The notes under the pieces: generated by a model
Databases searched by the model: none
Told to the model about the DNA's origin: nothing
What the model saw: the letters and a program-made list of their open reading frames with translations, nothing else
Translations under genes and position numbers: made by a program
Assembly (NCBI GenBank): GCA_039811685.1
Contig: JBDHZC010000003.1
Span: 1-64,000 of the forward strand
From: Armatimonadota bacterium
GTDB lineage: Bacteria; Armatimonadota; UBA5829; DSUL01
Direction of reading: 5' to 3'
Length of the DNA stretch: 64,000 nucleotides
Shown here: piece after piece, positions 48,121 through 57,456 of the stretch
How the letters are laid out: each line of letters begins with the position of its first letter
How positions within the stretch are numbered: position 1 is the first letter of the stretch

Positions 48121-49449
48121 CTAGCTGGCTGTCCCCGGTATCTCTGCGTTCACGCCTTGCCTGGCCACCATATCCAGGCTCCACGGATAGCGGTAAGGCA
48201 GGGAGATCATCCGGTCGGCCTCCTCATCGTCCACAAAGCGCTCTTTACCCATGTCAAAGGTCACAGGCCGCCCCAGCGTGTAGGCGATGTTGCCAAGAAT
48301 GCACAGCGTCACCACGCGATACGCCGGATCAATGTCCATCACTGGCCGGTCCCCGCTTCTGATGCAGTCAAAGAAGTTCTGAGTGTGCCCCGGACTCTGA
48401 AAGACATGCACGCCTCCTGCGGGGACCTCAAAGCTCTTCGCCTTCTCCTCCGTCTCACAGCCGCCATCTCCCCCCAGCACCACAAGATCGTCTTTGTCCC
48501 CGTAGTAGGTCGCGCCCCATTCGCCGGGCAACCGCGGGTTGGGTTTGCCCGGCTGGCTCCACGTCAGCGTCCAGTCCGGATCGTGGAACGTCCACTTGAC
48601 CTCCATCGTCGCCGGAACGTCATACATCCCCGCCTTCATCGGTGTTCCGCTGGCTTCGCAGCGAACCAGCCCGCGGTAGCCATCGTTATTTGTCAGCCAC
48701 GAGACGATACTGATCGCGTGATTTCCACGGTCCCGTATGAAGCCCTCCCCGTAATCCATCCACCACCGGAAGTTGAAGTGAGCCTTCAGCGGGTGGTAGT
48801 CGCTGTAGCGCGCCGGCCCCAGCCACATATTCCAGTCCAGCTCTTTCGGGACCGGCTGGGCCGTGAACCATTGATCCGTTGTGAAATTCAGCGGATGCCA
48901 GATCTCCACGCGCTGAACCTTGCCGATCATTCCGTTGCGCACGTACTCGCAGGCTTTTCTTGCCGTCGGGTTAGACCGTCCCTGCGCCCCAATCTGCACC
49001 ACACGCCTGTAGTAGCGCGCGGCGTTCAGCATCGCGCGCCCCTCCTGGATGGTTTTGCTGGTCGGCTTCTCTGAGTAAACGTGCTTGCCGGCCTGGCAGG
49101 CGTGCACAGTCATCAGCGCATGCCAGTGGTCCGGTGTCCCGATGAAAACAGCGTCAATGTCCTTGCGGTCCAGAACGCGCCGGTAGTCTTTGTAGAGGTC
49201 GGGCTTCCCCTGGGAGACCCGTTTAGCCCCGGACGCCAGGTGGTTGTCGTCCACGTCGCACAGCGCCGCGGCGTCCGACTGAATGTGGCTGCTGCCCATG
49301 CCTCCGCACCCGATGACCGCCGTTACGATCCGATCGTTAGCGCCGGGCTTTCCAGAGCGGCCGACTACGCCTTCCGGAAGAATCAAAGGGACAGCCACTC
49401 CTGCGGCTGCCCCGGCTATGAACTTGCGTCTTGATATTTTGAGCGCCAT
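48121..49449 (-). CDS. Tat-exported Gfo/Idh/MocA family oxidoreductase
   Basis: SRRKFI Tat motif; GCGGMG, GTPDHWH, YSEKP, DRGNH. Confidence 0.93.
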   Translation of the reverse strand: MALKISRRKFIAGAAAGVAVPLILPEGVVGRSGKPGANDRIVTAVIGCGGMGSSHIQSDAAALCDVDDNHLASGAKRVSQGKPDLYKDYRRVLDRKDIDAVFIGTPDHWHALMTVHACQAGKHVYSEKPTSKTIQEGRAMLNAARYYRRVVQIGAQGRSNPTARKACEYVRNGMIGKVQRVEIWHPLNFTTDQWFTAQPVPKELDWNMWLGPARYSDYHPLKAHFNFRWWMDYGEGFIRDRGNHAISIVSWLTNNDGYRGLVRCEASGTPMKAGMYDVPATMEVKWTFHDPDWTLTWSQPGKPNPRLPGEWGATYYGDKDDLVVLGGDGGCETEEKAKSFEVPAGGVHVFQSPGHTQNFFDCIRSGDRPVMDIDPAYRVVTLCILGNIAYTLGRPVTFDMGKERFVDDEEADRMISLPYRYPWSLDMVARQGVNAEIPGTAS

Positions 49450-49573
49450 CCGCTGCGTCTCCCTTCACCCTTCCCGTGAGACTTTGTGGAGGCTTCCACG
49501 TGGACACCAGCGCCTCCTGCAGAGGACGCGCTTCGCCGATGGCGTCGCAAGTATCCTTGCGAAAGAGTAAACT

Positions 49574-50020
49574 CTAGCGGTCTTCTTCGGAGGGCACCGG
49601 CTCGCGCAGGAGGTTGGCAACTTCGGCGTGCATCATCACAACTGATGGCTCGCCCTGCAGCGTCTGCCGGTAGCGCTGCTGGAAAGCGCCCTCAGAGGAG
49701 GTTGGAGTCAGCAGATCGCGCGCCTCGTCCAGCAGGTCCCGGCCGTCTGATGCGGCCACTGGCTCCTTCGCGCTGAGGATTTCATCAATCTTTACAATAA
49801 ACTCGGATACCGGGTGCAGCCAGGCGAACCACTCGTCGGAAACAACCAGCCGGAAGAACTCTCCGCTACTGGCGATCCGGCCATGTGCGCGTTCATAACC
49901 GATGCGCTCAGTATCCAGCAGCGTCTTGTGCAGACGCATCAGGGCGCCGCGCAGATCGCGCAATCGCTGCCGGGAGTTTTCTCCCATAAGAGGGCCAAAC
50001 TCAAATGATTCGTCGTTCAT
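49574..50020 (-). CDS. Hypothetical helical protein
   Basis: 148 aa ORF with GGAG SD; LHKTLLD..R..YE, FAWLHPVSE pattern. Confidence 0.65.
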   Translation of the reverse strand: MNDESFEFGPLMGENSRQRLRDLRGALMRLHKTLLDTERIGYERAHGRIASSGEFFRLVVSDEWFAWLHPVSEFIVKIDEILSAKEPVAASDGRDLLDEARDLLTPTSSEGAFQQRYRQTLQGEPSVVMMHAEVANLLREPVPSEEDR

Positions 50021-50206
50021 TGTACGTCATGCTCCTGCCTGGTACATGCCATTTTCCTCTGCGGTACTCGCCTTCAGATTCTACCCGTCCTTGCCAATCC
50101 GCGCCTGTGAGTGTCCGTTTTCTCGCCGTGTGCCTTGTTAGCGGTTCAGAGTATTGACCCACAGGTGTGTTATACTCTCGCCAGCGTTCGCTCAAGGAAA
50201 TCGAAA

Positions 50207-51607
50207 ATGAACGAGTCTCCCATACTGACAACGGTCTTTGCTGCACTGGCGCTGATGTTTCTGTTGCCTGCAGCGGCTTTAGCCGAGCCGGCTTTATCCG
50301 AACCGGCTTTAGCCGAGCCGCAGGCGCTCCCCACAGAGAGCGGCTACCGGGGAATCTGGTACAACATCGGCCTCAAGTACAGCGGTGGAATGGCCACCTA
50401 TCCGCAGCAGCACATCCCTATCGCCATCTATTCTCCCGTTGCCAATAAGACTTTCTTCTGCTACGGAGGCGTTTCCGGGGAGGGCGGCAGCCTGCTGCAT
50501 ATGGTCAGCTTCTTCGACCATCACACGGGTGAAGCGCCGCGTCCCCGCGTTCTGCTGGACAAACAGACGACCGACGCTCACGACAACCCGACGCTCAGTA
50601 TGGACGACGAGGGGCGCCTGTTTGTCTTCTCCAACGCACACGGAACCAGCCGTCCGTCGTTCATCTCCCGCAGCGCTCAACCCTACAGCATTGACGCCTT
50701 CGAGCGCGTGTTTACCGGCAACTTCTCCTATGCGCAGCCGTGGCACGTTCCGGGCAAAGGCTTTGTTGTTCTGCACACGCGCTACTCAAAGGCCGGGCAG
50801 CGTCATCTGTTCTGGATGACCAGCGCCGACGGCGTCACCTGGTCACTGCCGCAGCCGCTGGCAGCCTTTCAGGGGCACTATCAGATTAGCTGGATGGATA
50901 AGGGCAAGATTGCCACCGCCTTCGACTTCCATCCGGGTGGGTTGGATCATCGTACCAACATCTACTATATGGAGACTCCGGACGAGGGGCAGACATGGCG
51001 CACGGTGGACGGAAAGCCGGTCGCTACGCCGCTTACCTCACCTGACAACGCCGCGCTGGTTCACGACTATCAGAAAGAGAAGTTGCTGGTCTATCTGAAG
51101 GATATTCAGTTTGACGACAGCGGACACCCCGTGATTCTCTACCTCACCAGCAAAGGCGCTGAGCCGACGCCCGCCAACGGCCCGCGCGTCTGGCGCACAG
51201 CGCGGTGGGATGGCAAGCGCTGGGTCATCCGCCGCGTGACTACCTCAGACCACAACTATGACCATGGCTCGCTCTACCTTGAAGGTGATCTCTGGCGCAT
51301 TATCGCGCCGACCGATCCGGGGCCGTTTCCCGGCGACACCGGTGGTGAGATGGTGATGTGGGAGAGCCGTGATCAGGGGTTGACGTGGCGCCGCGCCCGT
51401 ACGCTGACCGCTCACAGTCCCCGCAACCACTCCTACGCGCGCCATCCGATGAACGCCTCGCCGCAGTTCTACACCCTCTGGGCGGACGGCGCTACACGAC
51501 AGCCATCAGAGTCTCACCTCTATTTCGCTACGCGTGACCGTGATGTGTTCGTCCTCCCGTACACGATGCAAAGGGGGCGCGAGAAGCCGCAGAAGCTGAA
51601 GCGCTGA
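50207..51607 (+). CDS. Secreted BNR-4 repeat protein
   Basis: Signal peptide; DAHDNP, FSYAQPW, Asp-boxes SADGVTW, TPDEGQTW, SRDQGLTW; extended -10 TGTTATACT at 50168. Confidence 0.83.
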   Translation: MNESPILTTVFAALALMFLLPAAALAEPALSEPALAEPQALPTESGYRGIWYNIGLKYSGGMATYPQQHIPIAIYSPVANKTFFCYGGVSGEGGSLLHMVSFFDHHTGEAPRPRVLLDKQTTDAHDNPTLSMDDEGRLFVFSNAHGTSRPSFISRSAQPYSIDAFERVFTGNFSYAQPWHVPGKGFVVLHTRYSKAGQRHLFWMTSADGVTWSLPQPLAAFQGHYQISWMDKGKIATAFDFHPGGLDHRTNIYYMETPDEGQTWRTVDGKPVATPLTSPDNAALVHDYQKEKLLVYLKDIQFDDSGHPVILYLTSKGAEPTPANGPRVWRTARWDGKRWVIRRVTTSDHNYDHGSLYLEGDLWRIIAPTDPGPFPGDTGGEMVMWESRDQGLTWRRARTLTAHSPRNHSYARHPMNASPQFYTLWADGATRQPSESHLYFATRDRDVFVLPYTMQRGREKPQKLKR

Positions 51608-51654
51608 AGGTCTGTAACCTGTCAGACGCCGTGACGCGAATGGACGAAAATTAT

Positions 51655-51702
51655 AGTCTGCGAAGGCAGACTTCGTTCTTGAAGGCGCGGTTTCAACCGC
51701 CG
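51655..51702. repeat. REP-like double-hairpin extragenic element
   Basis: AGTCTGC-GAAG-GCAGACT followed by GCGGTT-TC-AACCGC between convergent genes; single copy seen in window. Confidence 0.6.
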
Positions 51703-51740
51703 GCCAGATTTGCCATCAGATGTGGCATCAGAGTAGCGGG

Positions 51741-52835
51741 CTAATGTAGACGTACTTTTACTGAGTCCGTTGGCAGGCCACAGGTCGCTAGAAGAGCGCA
51801 GCATTGGCGAACGAAGCTGGCCGTGCTACGGTCGGTATCTATGTACACGGCGGGGTCAACCCCTTCAGCTTGCTTGAACATTGTTTTCTTTGCCTTTCCG
51901 GGGTGCTCCGGGCGTACATTCAGAAAACATCTCAGTTGTGACTTGCCAGCAGCCCATGGCAGATCTGGTAGACCATTGCTGTTACTGATGTAACGTACTA
52001 TTTCTATGGCTACATCTATCCAGTGGTTCTTTGCAGTTCTCGTTCCGTCTGGTAACTGCAATTCCGCTGGTTTTTGTCCAGTGGTTAAGGTTTCACGGCT
52101 TTTGTCCAGGTCTTCAAGAGTGTGCCAGTTGTCGGAGCTGCCGGTGGGTAATCCAGGTTGGATAGCCGAGTCATTCTTGGACGGTTGTGGCGGCTGTACT
52201 TGCACAGCGCGCCTGTTGGAGAGAGCCGCCCGCACGCTTTCGTGACTGATTCCACCGAGCCCGTGCGTGTTTCTCAGCACCTTGACTACTGCCTTCACAA
52301 CGGTACTCTGGGGGTCCGATAGCTCGCTGGCGAGGATAGCGTTCAGGCGTTCCGTTTGCGCAAACTCCTCGATCCCCGAGCCAGTCATGCTCTCCGGGCT
52401 GAGCGCGCGCAGGAAGCGCTTCGCGTCTTCGACATCCTCGAGTTTCATCTGAGCGACCAGCTTTGCGGCCAGCTCTCCTGTTATCTGGTTATCGTACAGA
52501 CGCCATTCTCGTCCGTTACTCAGCACAACCCAGCGCCGGTTATTCGTGAAAGCATAAATTAAACTCTGCCGGACGTGGTCGTCATTCAGTGTGACCGTCC
52601 ATGCCTTCGCCTCCAAAAACCATTCAAACTCGGTACCAGGCAGGATAGTATAGTCAGGGCGTTGTCCATTGGCGTCCGTCCCCTGTGGCAAGAGGTCGGT
52701 CGGCTTATAGCCAACCTCCAACAGCAGCGGTTTGATGACCCAGTCACAGGTACTGGCCTCGTTAGGCGGTGGCTTCTTGGTATGTGCCAGCGCTTCTGAT
52801 ATAGCTTCTTCCAGCGGCGTTCGGAGATCGGTCAT
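51741..52835 (-). CDS. Stand-alone HsdR_N-like PD-(D/E)XK nuclease with C-terminal accessory domain
   Basis: NEAST...IKPLL..VGY, RPDY, LEAK, RQSLIY (QxxxY), LSNGREWRLYD; no helicase motifs. Confidence 0.82.
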   Translation of the reverse strand: MTDLRTPLEEAISEALAHTKKPPPNEASTCDWVIKPLLLEVGYKPTDLLPQGTDANGQRPDYTILPGTEFEWFLEAKAWTVTLNDDHVRQSLIYAFTNNRRWVVLSNGREWRLYDNQITGELAAKLVAQMKLEDVEDAKRFLRALSPESMTGSGIEEFAQTERLNAILASELSDPQSTVVKAVVKVLRNTHGLGGISHESVRAALSNRRAVQVQPPQPSKNDSAIQPGLPTGSSDNWHTLEDLDKSRETLTTGQKPAELQLPDGTRTAKNHWIDVAIEIVRYISNSNGLPDLPWAAGKSQLRCFLNVRPEHPGKAKKTMFKQAEGVDPAVYIDTDRSTASFVRQCCALLATCGLPTDSVKVRLH

Positions 52836-52996
52836 GTTTTGCGCCTTGTCCTTCTCACGATAACTTTTTCTTTCACTTACAGCGCGAAAAGTTCCTGCCT
52901 TCGCCCGTGTATCCCCAGCTCTCCATTCCACGCAGGGTTGGTGTATGGCTTTGGCGAAAACGAAACTCGACATCATTTTAGGAGAAAGACCTGGCT

Positions 52997-54067
52997 ATGA
53001 CAGAAATGACAACGCGAGAGCGGGTGCTCCGGATGTACGAGCACAAAGAGGCCGACCGCGTACCCGTTACCGACACTCCGTGGGACGCCACTCTGCAGCG
53101 CTGGCACGCGGAAGGCCTGCCCACGGACGTGGACTTTGCGGACTATCTTGGCCTGGACCGCATCATCCAGATCGAGGCGGACAACAGCCCGCGCTACCCT
53201 GTACGCACCCTCGAAGAAACGGACGACTACACCATCGCAACCTCACCCTGGGGCGCGACGCTGAAAAACTGGAAGCACGCGGGAGGCGTTCCGGAGTTTC
53301 TGGACTTCACAATCACCGACCGCGACAGGTGGAAGGAAGCCAGAGAGCGCATGCGTCCGGAGCGCGACCGCATCGGCTGGGACCACCTCAAGCGCAACTA
53401 TGCGCAGTGGAGGAAGGACGGCGCATGGATTACGGCTGGCTTCTGGTTTGGCTTCGATGTCACGCATTCCTGGGCTGTTGGGACGGAGCGTGTGCTGGTG
53501 GCTATGGCGGAAGACCCGGAGTGGGTGACGGAGATGTTCAACCACTGGCTGGATGTGGACATTGCCCTGTTCCAGATGGTGTGGGATGAAGGCTATCACT
53601 TCGATGAGATCACCTGGCCGGACGACATGGGCTTCAAGAATACCACCTTCTTCTCACCGGCAATGTACAGAAACCTTCTGCAGCCAGTCCACCGGCGCGC
53701 CGCCGAGTGGGCGCACCAGAAGGGTATCAAAGTCCGGCTGCACTCGTGCGGATTCGTCAGGCCGTTCCTGCCGGACCTTCTGGACGCCGGGATAGATATG
53801 CTCAACCCGCTGGAAGTCAAAGCGGGGATGGATCCAGTGGCTCTGAAACAGGAGTTCGGCGACCGTCTGGGCTTCCATGGCGGATTGAACGCGGTTCTCT
53901 ATGGGGACATGGCTGCGCTGGAGGAGGAGATGCGCCGCGTCATTCCAGTCATGAAAAAGGACGGCGGCTACATTATCAGCTCAGACCACTCCGTGCCCGA
54001 CTCCGTCAGCCTGCAGGAGTTTCAGCGCTTTATTGCGCTTGCGCGGGAGCTGGGGACGTACGAATAG
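52997..54067 (+). CDS. Uroporphyrinogen decarboxylase-like (MtaA/CmuA-related) protein
   Basis: ADRVP, PDDMG, LHSCG, LNPLE, GGYIISSDHSVP. Confidence 0.85.
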   Translation: MTEMTTRERVLRMYEHKEADRVPVTDTPWDATLQRWHAEGLPTDVDFADYLGLDRIIQIEADNSPRYPVRTLEETDDYTIATSPWGATLKNWKHAGGVPEFLDFTITDRDRWKEARERMRPERDRIGWDHLKRNYAQWRKDGAWITAGFWFGFDVTHSWAVGTERVLVAMAEDPEWVTEMFNHWLDVDIALFQMVWDEGYHFDEITWPDDMGFKNTTFFSPAMYRNLLQPVHRRAAEWAHQKGIKVRLHSCGFVRPFLPDLLDAGIDMLNPLEVKAGMDPVALKQEFGDRLGFHGGLNAVLYGDMAALEEEMRRVIPVMKKDGGYIISSDHSVPDSVSLQEFQRFIALARELGTYE

Positions 54068-54083
54068 GCCGCACTCGCTTCAC

Positions 54084-54172
54084 TTCGGCGTTTCTCCAGA
54101 GTTGGAACACCACTGCGCGGCGATCGACTGCGTCAGCAGAAACTTCTGGGCCGAGCCTGAGTGCGCCTAGCT
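54084..54172 (+). repeat. 89-bp direct repeat, copy 1 (left of R-M genes)
   Basis: Manual alignment: 86/89 identical to 56557-56645. Confidence 0.95.
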
Positions 54173-54307
54173 CACGTATGTGTTTCGACCGGGGTGTTTG
54201 CGGAGAACTCCTCGTGCAGTGGCAAGAGCCAGCTTATTTGTTTTCCAGGTAGACTGTTTCAGTGCCCGTGACTTCTGCGCAGGAGCTAGCAGGAGCAGAG
54301 CGGAGAT

Positions 54308-55633
54308 TTGTTGAACAAGCAGGATAGGATGCAAGAGCGCGACCTAACCGAACTGGACTTTAGAGCATCACCTATACAGAAATCTCTCCAAATTCCGCTG
54401 CCGTCCCTTGTTGAGACGAAGCCACAACACGGAGTCACACTGTATACCCACACTGCTACACCGACCGTACCTCACGAGGTTACGCATGCCACTCCACTGG
54501 AAGACTTGAATCTGAACTGGCGTGAGCGTGACCTTCCTGAACGGGAGCGGACAAAACACGTTCACCGGCTACACCCGTACCTCGGCAAGTACATCCCGCA
54601 GCTCGTCGAGATATTCTTACGCAAGTTTTTCTGGCCCGGGGCAACCATATATGATCCTTTTTGTGGATCTGGAACAACTCTAGTACAAGCATGTGAGTTG
54701 GGTGTCAATTCGGTGGGCTGTGATATTTCTGCGTTTAATATACTTCTGTGCCGAGCAAAGCTTCACCGCTATGATTCTACCAAAGCAGCTAGGGAGATTC
54801 GCGATGTGCTCGGACGCACCCACAAGGCTCTCTTTGGGTCTATCGGCAAATCGCTGATAGACGAGGCACAACCACACCTCTCCGAAGATGTTTCTGTCTC
54901 AGAATATCTGACATCGTGGTTCGCTCCGAAAGCGCTCAGAGAACTACTGACCTTTCGTCAGGTCATTGAGACAGGCTCGTACGATTACAAAGACCTGTTA
55001 CGCGTTATTCTGACAAGAGCCGCTCGGTCGGCCCGGCTGACAACACATTTTGATCTGGATTTCCCGAAGAAACCTCAAATCGGTCCCTACTGGTGCTATA
55101 AGCACTCCCGCAATTGCGTTCCGACTGATGACGCCTGGAAATTCCTGCACCGGTACGCTTTGGATACAGTAAGACGGGTAGCTCAGTTTCAATCAGTGCG
55201 GAAGGAAGCGACCACAACACTGCACCACGTGGACAGTCGAGCAGTGAACTTGCCAACAATAGACGGTGTAATAACCAGTCCTCCCTATGTTGGGCTCATT
55301 GACTATCACGAACAGCATAGCTACGCTTACCAACTACTGGGATTGCCGGACAGGCGAGTTGAAGAGATTGGGCCAGGCGTACAGGGTTCTTCCGTAGACG
55401 CGAAAGAGCGCTACAAGCGAGATATTGCAGCTGTATTCAGGCGTGCCGCAGGTGCAATGCCGTCGGGCGGTCGACTCGTCGTCGTAGCGGCCGACAGGTC
55501 GCATCTTTACGACGAAATCGCTCAGATGGCGGGTGTGGAAGTTGAGGCCGTAGTCAAGCGGCACGTAAACCGGCGCACGGGTCGTCGTTCTAGTGAGTTT
55601 TTTGAGTCTGTCTTTGTATGGCGCAAGCCGTAG
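54308..55633 (+). CDS. Amino-DNA methyltransferase (probable N4-cytosine) of a type II R-M system
   Basis: HPYLGKYIPQL, motif I DPFCGSGTT preceding motif IV TSPPY; start may be 54328. Confidence 0.9.
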   Translation: MLNKQDRMQERDLTELDFRASPIQKSLQIPLPSLVETKPQHGVTLYTHTATPTVPHEVTHATPLEDLNLNWRERDLPERERTKHVHRLHPYLGKYIPQLVEIFLRKFFWPGATIYDPFCGSGTTLVQACELGVNSVGCDISAFNILLCRAKLHRYDSTKAAREIRDVLGRTHKALFGSIGKSLIDEAQPHLSEDVSVSEYLTSWFAPKALRELLTFRQVIETGSYDYKDLLRVILTRAARSARLTTHFDLDFPKKPQIGPYWCYKHSRNCVPTDDAWKFLHRYALDTVRRVAQFQSVRKEATTTLHHVDSRAVNLPTIDGVITSPPYVGLIDYHEQHSYAYQLLGLPDRRVEEIGPGVQGSSVDAKERYKRDIAAVFRRAAGAMPSGGRLVVVAADRSHLYDEIAQMAGVEVEAVVKRHVNRRTGRRSSEFFESVFVWRKP

Positions 55634-55639
55634 CATGCG

Positions 55640-56482
55640 GTGAACATGGCCGACGCTAATGAGGTAAAGAAGGCGATTCAGGACACGATAACTGCGCTAA
55701 TGAGTCGCGTCCTTGATAATGTCCTTAGGAGAGATCCGTTTGTTCCAGAAGAACATCACGCAAAAAAGCCGCTTTACGCTGCCTTAGTTCCAGATGAGAT
55801 ATTCAGAGGAAGTCACTTTGAACGTAGGTTTGTCACTTCCTTTGGTGGTGCCTGGGAACAACTCGCCGTGAGTGCAGCTAGGCAGGGTCTAGGCTTAGGG
55901 GCATTGCAGCGGACCGTCGTAGGCACTGTCGCCGAAGACCGGCTGCGCAGAATCACAGAGATTCTCAACAAACTCGAGCACCCAAGTGCCCCTGAGTCCC
56001 CGCGCTTAAGGCCGAATTGGACAGAAGAGTTGGCGTATGTCCGACAGGCAGGTGGGGAGCCCATCCCGTGTACGGTGGTCTGTGACTTGTATGCGGAGAA
56101 TACTACAACTGGAGAACGGCTCGCTTTTGAATTGAAAGCTCCCCTTCCCAATAGCGATCAGACGAGAGTCAGCAAGGAAAAGCTGCTAAAGCTGTACAGT
56201 ATGGAACCTTGTCCAATTGATATGGCTTATTTCGCACTTCCCTACAATCCCTACGGGTCAAGGGTCAATTACGCCTGGTCATTTCCAGCGCGCTGGTTCG
56301 ATATGCACGCGGATCCGGTCGTCCTGATAGGCGATGAGTTTTGGGAACGAGTTGGAGGTGGCGGTACTTATGCCGCATTTCTTGAAGCTGTACGAGAAAT
56401 TGCTCCGCGATATCGAGAGATCATCTACCGAGATTATCTGAAAATGACTCCTCCACCGGAAAGCCTTGACGTGGACATATAA
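55640..56482 (+). CDS. Type II restriction endonuclease, TdeIII/MjaII-like
   Basis: FERRFVTSFG..WE, CDLY, FELKAPLPNSDQ, FALPYNPYG, GDEFWE; 6 nt after the MTase. Confidence 0.85.
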   Translation: MNMADANEVKKAIQDTITALMSRVLDNVLRRDPFVPEEHHAKKPLYAALVPDEIFRGSHFERRFVTSFGGAWEQLAVSAARQGLGLGALQRTVVGTVAEDRLRRITEILNKLEHPSAPESPRLRPNWTEELAYVRQAGGEPIPCTVVCDLYAENTTTGERLAFELKAPLPNSDQTRVSKEKLLKLYSMEPCPIDMAYFALPYNPYGSRVNYAWSFPARWFDMHADPVVLIGDEFWERVGGGGTYAAFLEAVREIAPRYREIIYRDYLKMTPPPESLDVDI

Positions 56483-56556
56483 ACCTTTTCTAATTTTGCT
56501 ACCCTAACGTACTCCTGCCCTCTACCGCGCTTGTCTGCAGCGTGCATCTCTCCGGT

Positions 56557-56645
56557 TTCGGCTTTTCTCCAGAGTTGGAATACCACTGCGCGGCGATCGA
56601 CTGCATCAGCAGAAACTTCTGGGCCGAGCCTGAGTGCGCCTAGCT
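56557..56645 (+). repeat. 89-bp direct repeat, copy 2 (right of R-M genes)
   Basis: Manual alignment: 86/89 identical to 54084-54172. Confidence 0.95.
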
Positions 56646-56775
56646 GAGTTTCATCTCCACAGGACAGGGACGCCTCACCAGATTAGAGTTTTCCAAGCAT
56701 AGGCATCCGATGGAAACGCCGCTCGCTTTGAGGCGTCAAACGAGTGGGCAGCGCTGTTGCCCAAAGGAAAAACAA

Positions 56776-57294
56776 ATGAGACGAAAACTGATTGTCGTTC
56801 TGCTGGCCGCAGTTAGCGTTCCTGTATTTGCAGCGTCTAACCTGCCCAGGCCGTGGTTTCTCGCTGGAAGTGATCCTGAACACTACGACGCGAGCATTCA
56901 ATTGACACGCGAAGCCCGGGTGGTGGATCTGCATTCGTTGCCGGGATCCGCAGGCAAGTTCGCTACAGCCATGCAGGCGTTTCCTGCAGAGTCCTACCGC
57001 GGCAAGCGGATGCGTCTTAGCGCCCAGATCAAGAGCTACGATGTTCGGGGCTGGGCTGGCCTGTGGATGCGCATTGACGGTGACGGAGACCCGCCGCAGA
57101 CCCTGGCTTTCGACAATATGCAGAAGCGCCCCATTAAGGGCACGACCGCATGGCGCACTTACGAAGTTGTGTTGGATGTCGCGCCGACAGCGAAAACAGT
57201 GAACTTCGGGTTTCTTCTGAATGGCGAAGGACGGGTGCAGGCGACAGCGTTCGATCTCCAACCCGTCAACCAGCGCGTCAAGCCAACGAACTGA
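56776..57294 (+). CDS. Secreted single-domain jelly-roll (CBM-like) protein
   Basis: Signal peptide; YRGKRMRLSA, WAGLWMRIDG, FDNMQKRPIKGTT.W..Y; AAGGA SD. Confidence 0.72.
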   Translation: MRRKLIVVLLAAVSVPVFAASNLPRPWFLAGSDPEHYDASIQLTREARVVDLHSLPGSAGKFATAMQAFPAESYRGKRMRLSAQIKSYDVRGWAGLWMRIDGDGDPPQTLAFDNMQKRPIKGTTAWRTYEVVLDVAPTAKTVNFGFLLNGEGRVQATAFDLQPVNQRVKPTN

Positions 57295-57456
57295 AAAAGC
57301 ATACCAGGCTGGATGTTACGGAGTTAGCTGAGGCTGGCTTTCTCCAGAGGCATCCGGATAGCCACTAGAGTTATCAGCCACAGGGTGCGCAGGGGGTCGG
57401 GCGCTGAAGCCTCCAAAGCAAACTGCGCCAATCCGTTGCGCACCCTTCCACCTCGT

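Noticed and set aside
52997..54067. Calling this gene hemE
   Set aside because: It lacks the HemE MRQAGR motif, so it is only a superfamily member
54308..56482. Genome avoidance of GGNCC as support for the R-M specificity
   Set aside because: GGNCC sites are readily seen throughout the window, including within the cassette; no depletion can be claimed without counting
56500..56582. Possible integron attC (CCCTAAC...GTTGGAA) after the endonuclease
   Set aside because: The ends are not complementary, there is no internal palindrome, and no integrase is present
54084..56645. 89-bp repeats as a CRISPR array or IS ends
   Set aside because: Only two copies 2.4 kb apart, direct rather than inverted, with no cas or transposase genes
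56701..57356. 9-bp AGGCATCCG on both sides of the 56776 gene, plus short matches to the 89-bp repeat near 57325-57349
   Set aside because: Too short to distinguish from chance without comparative genomes
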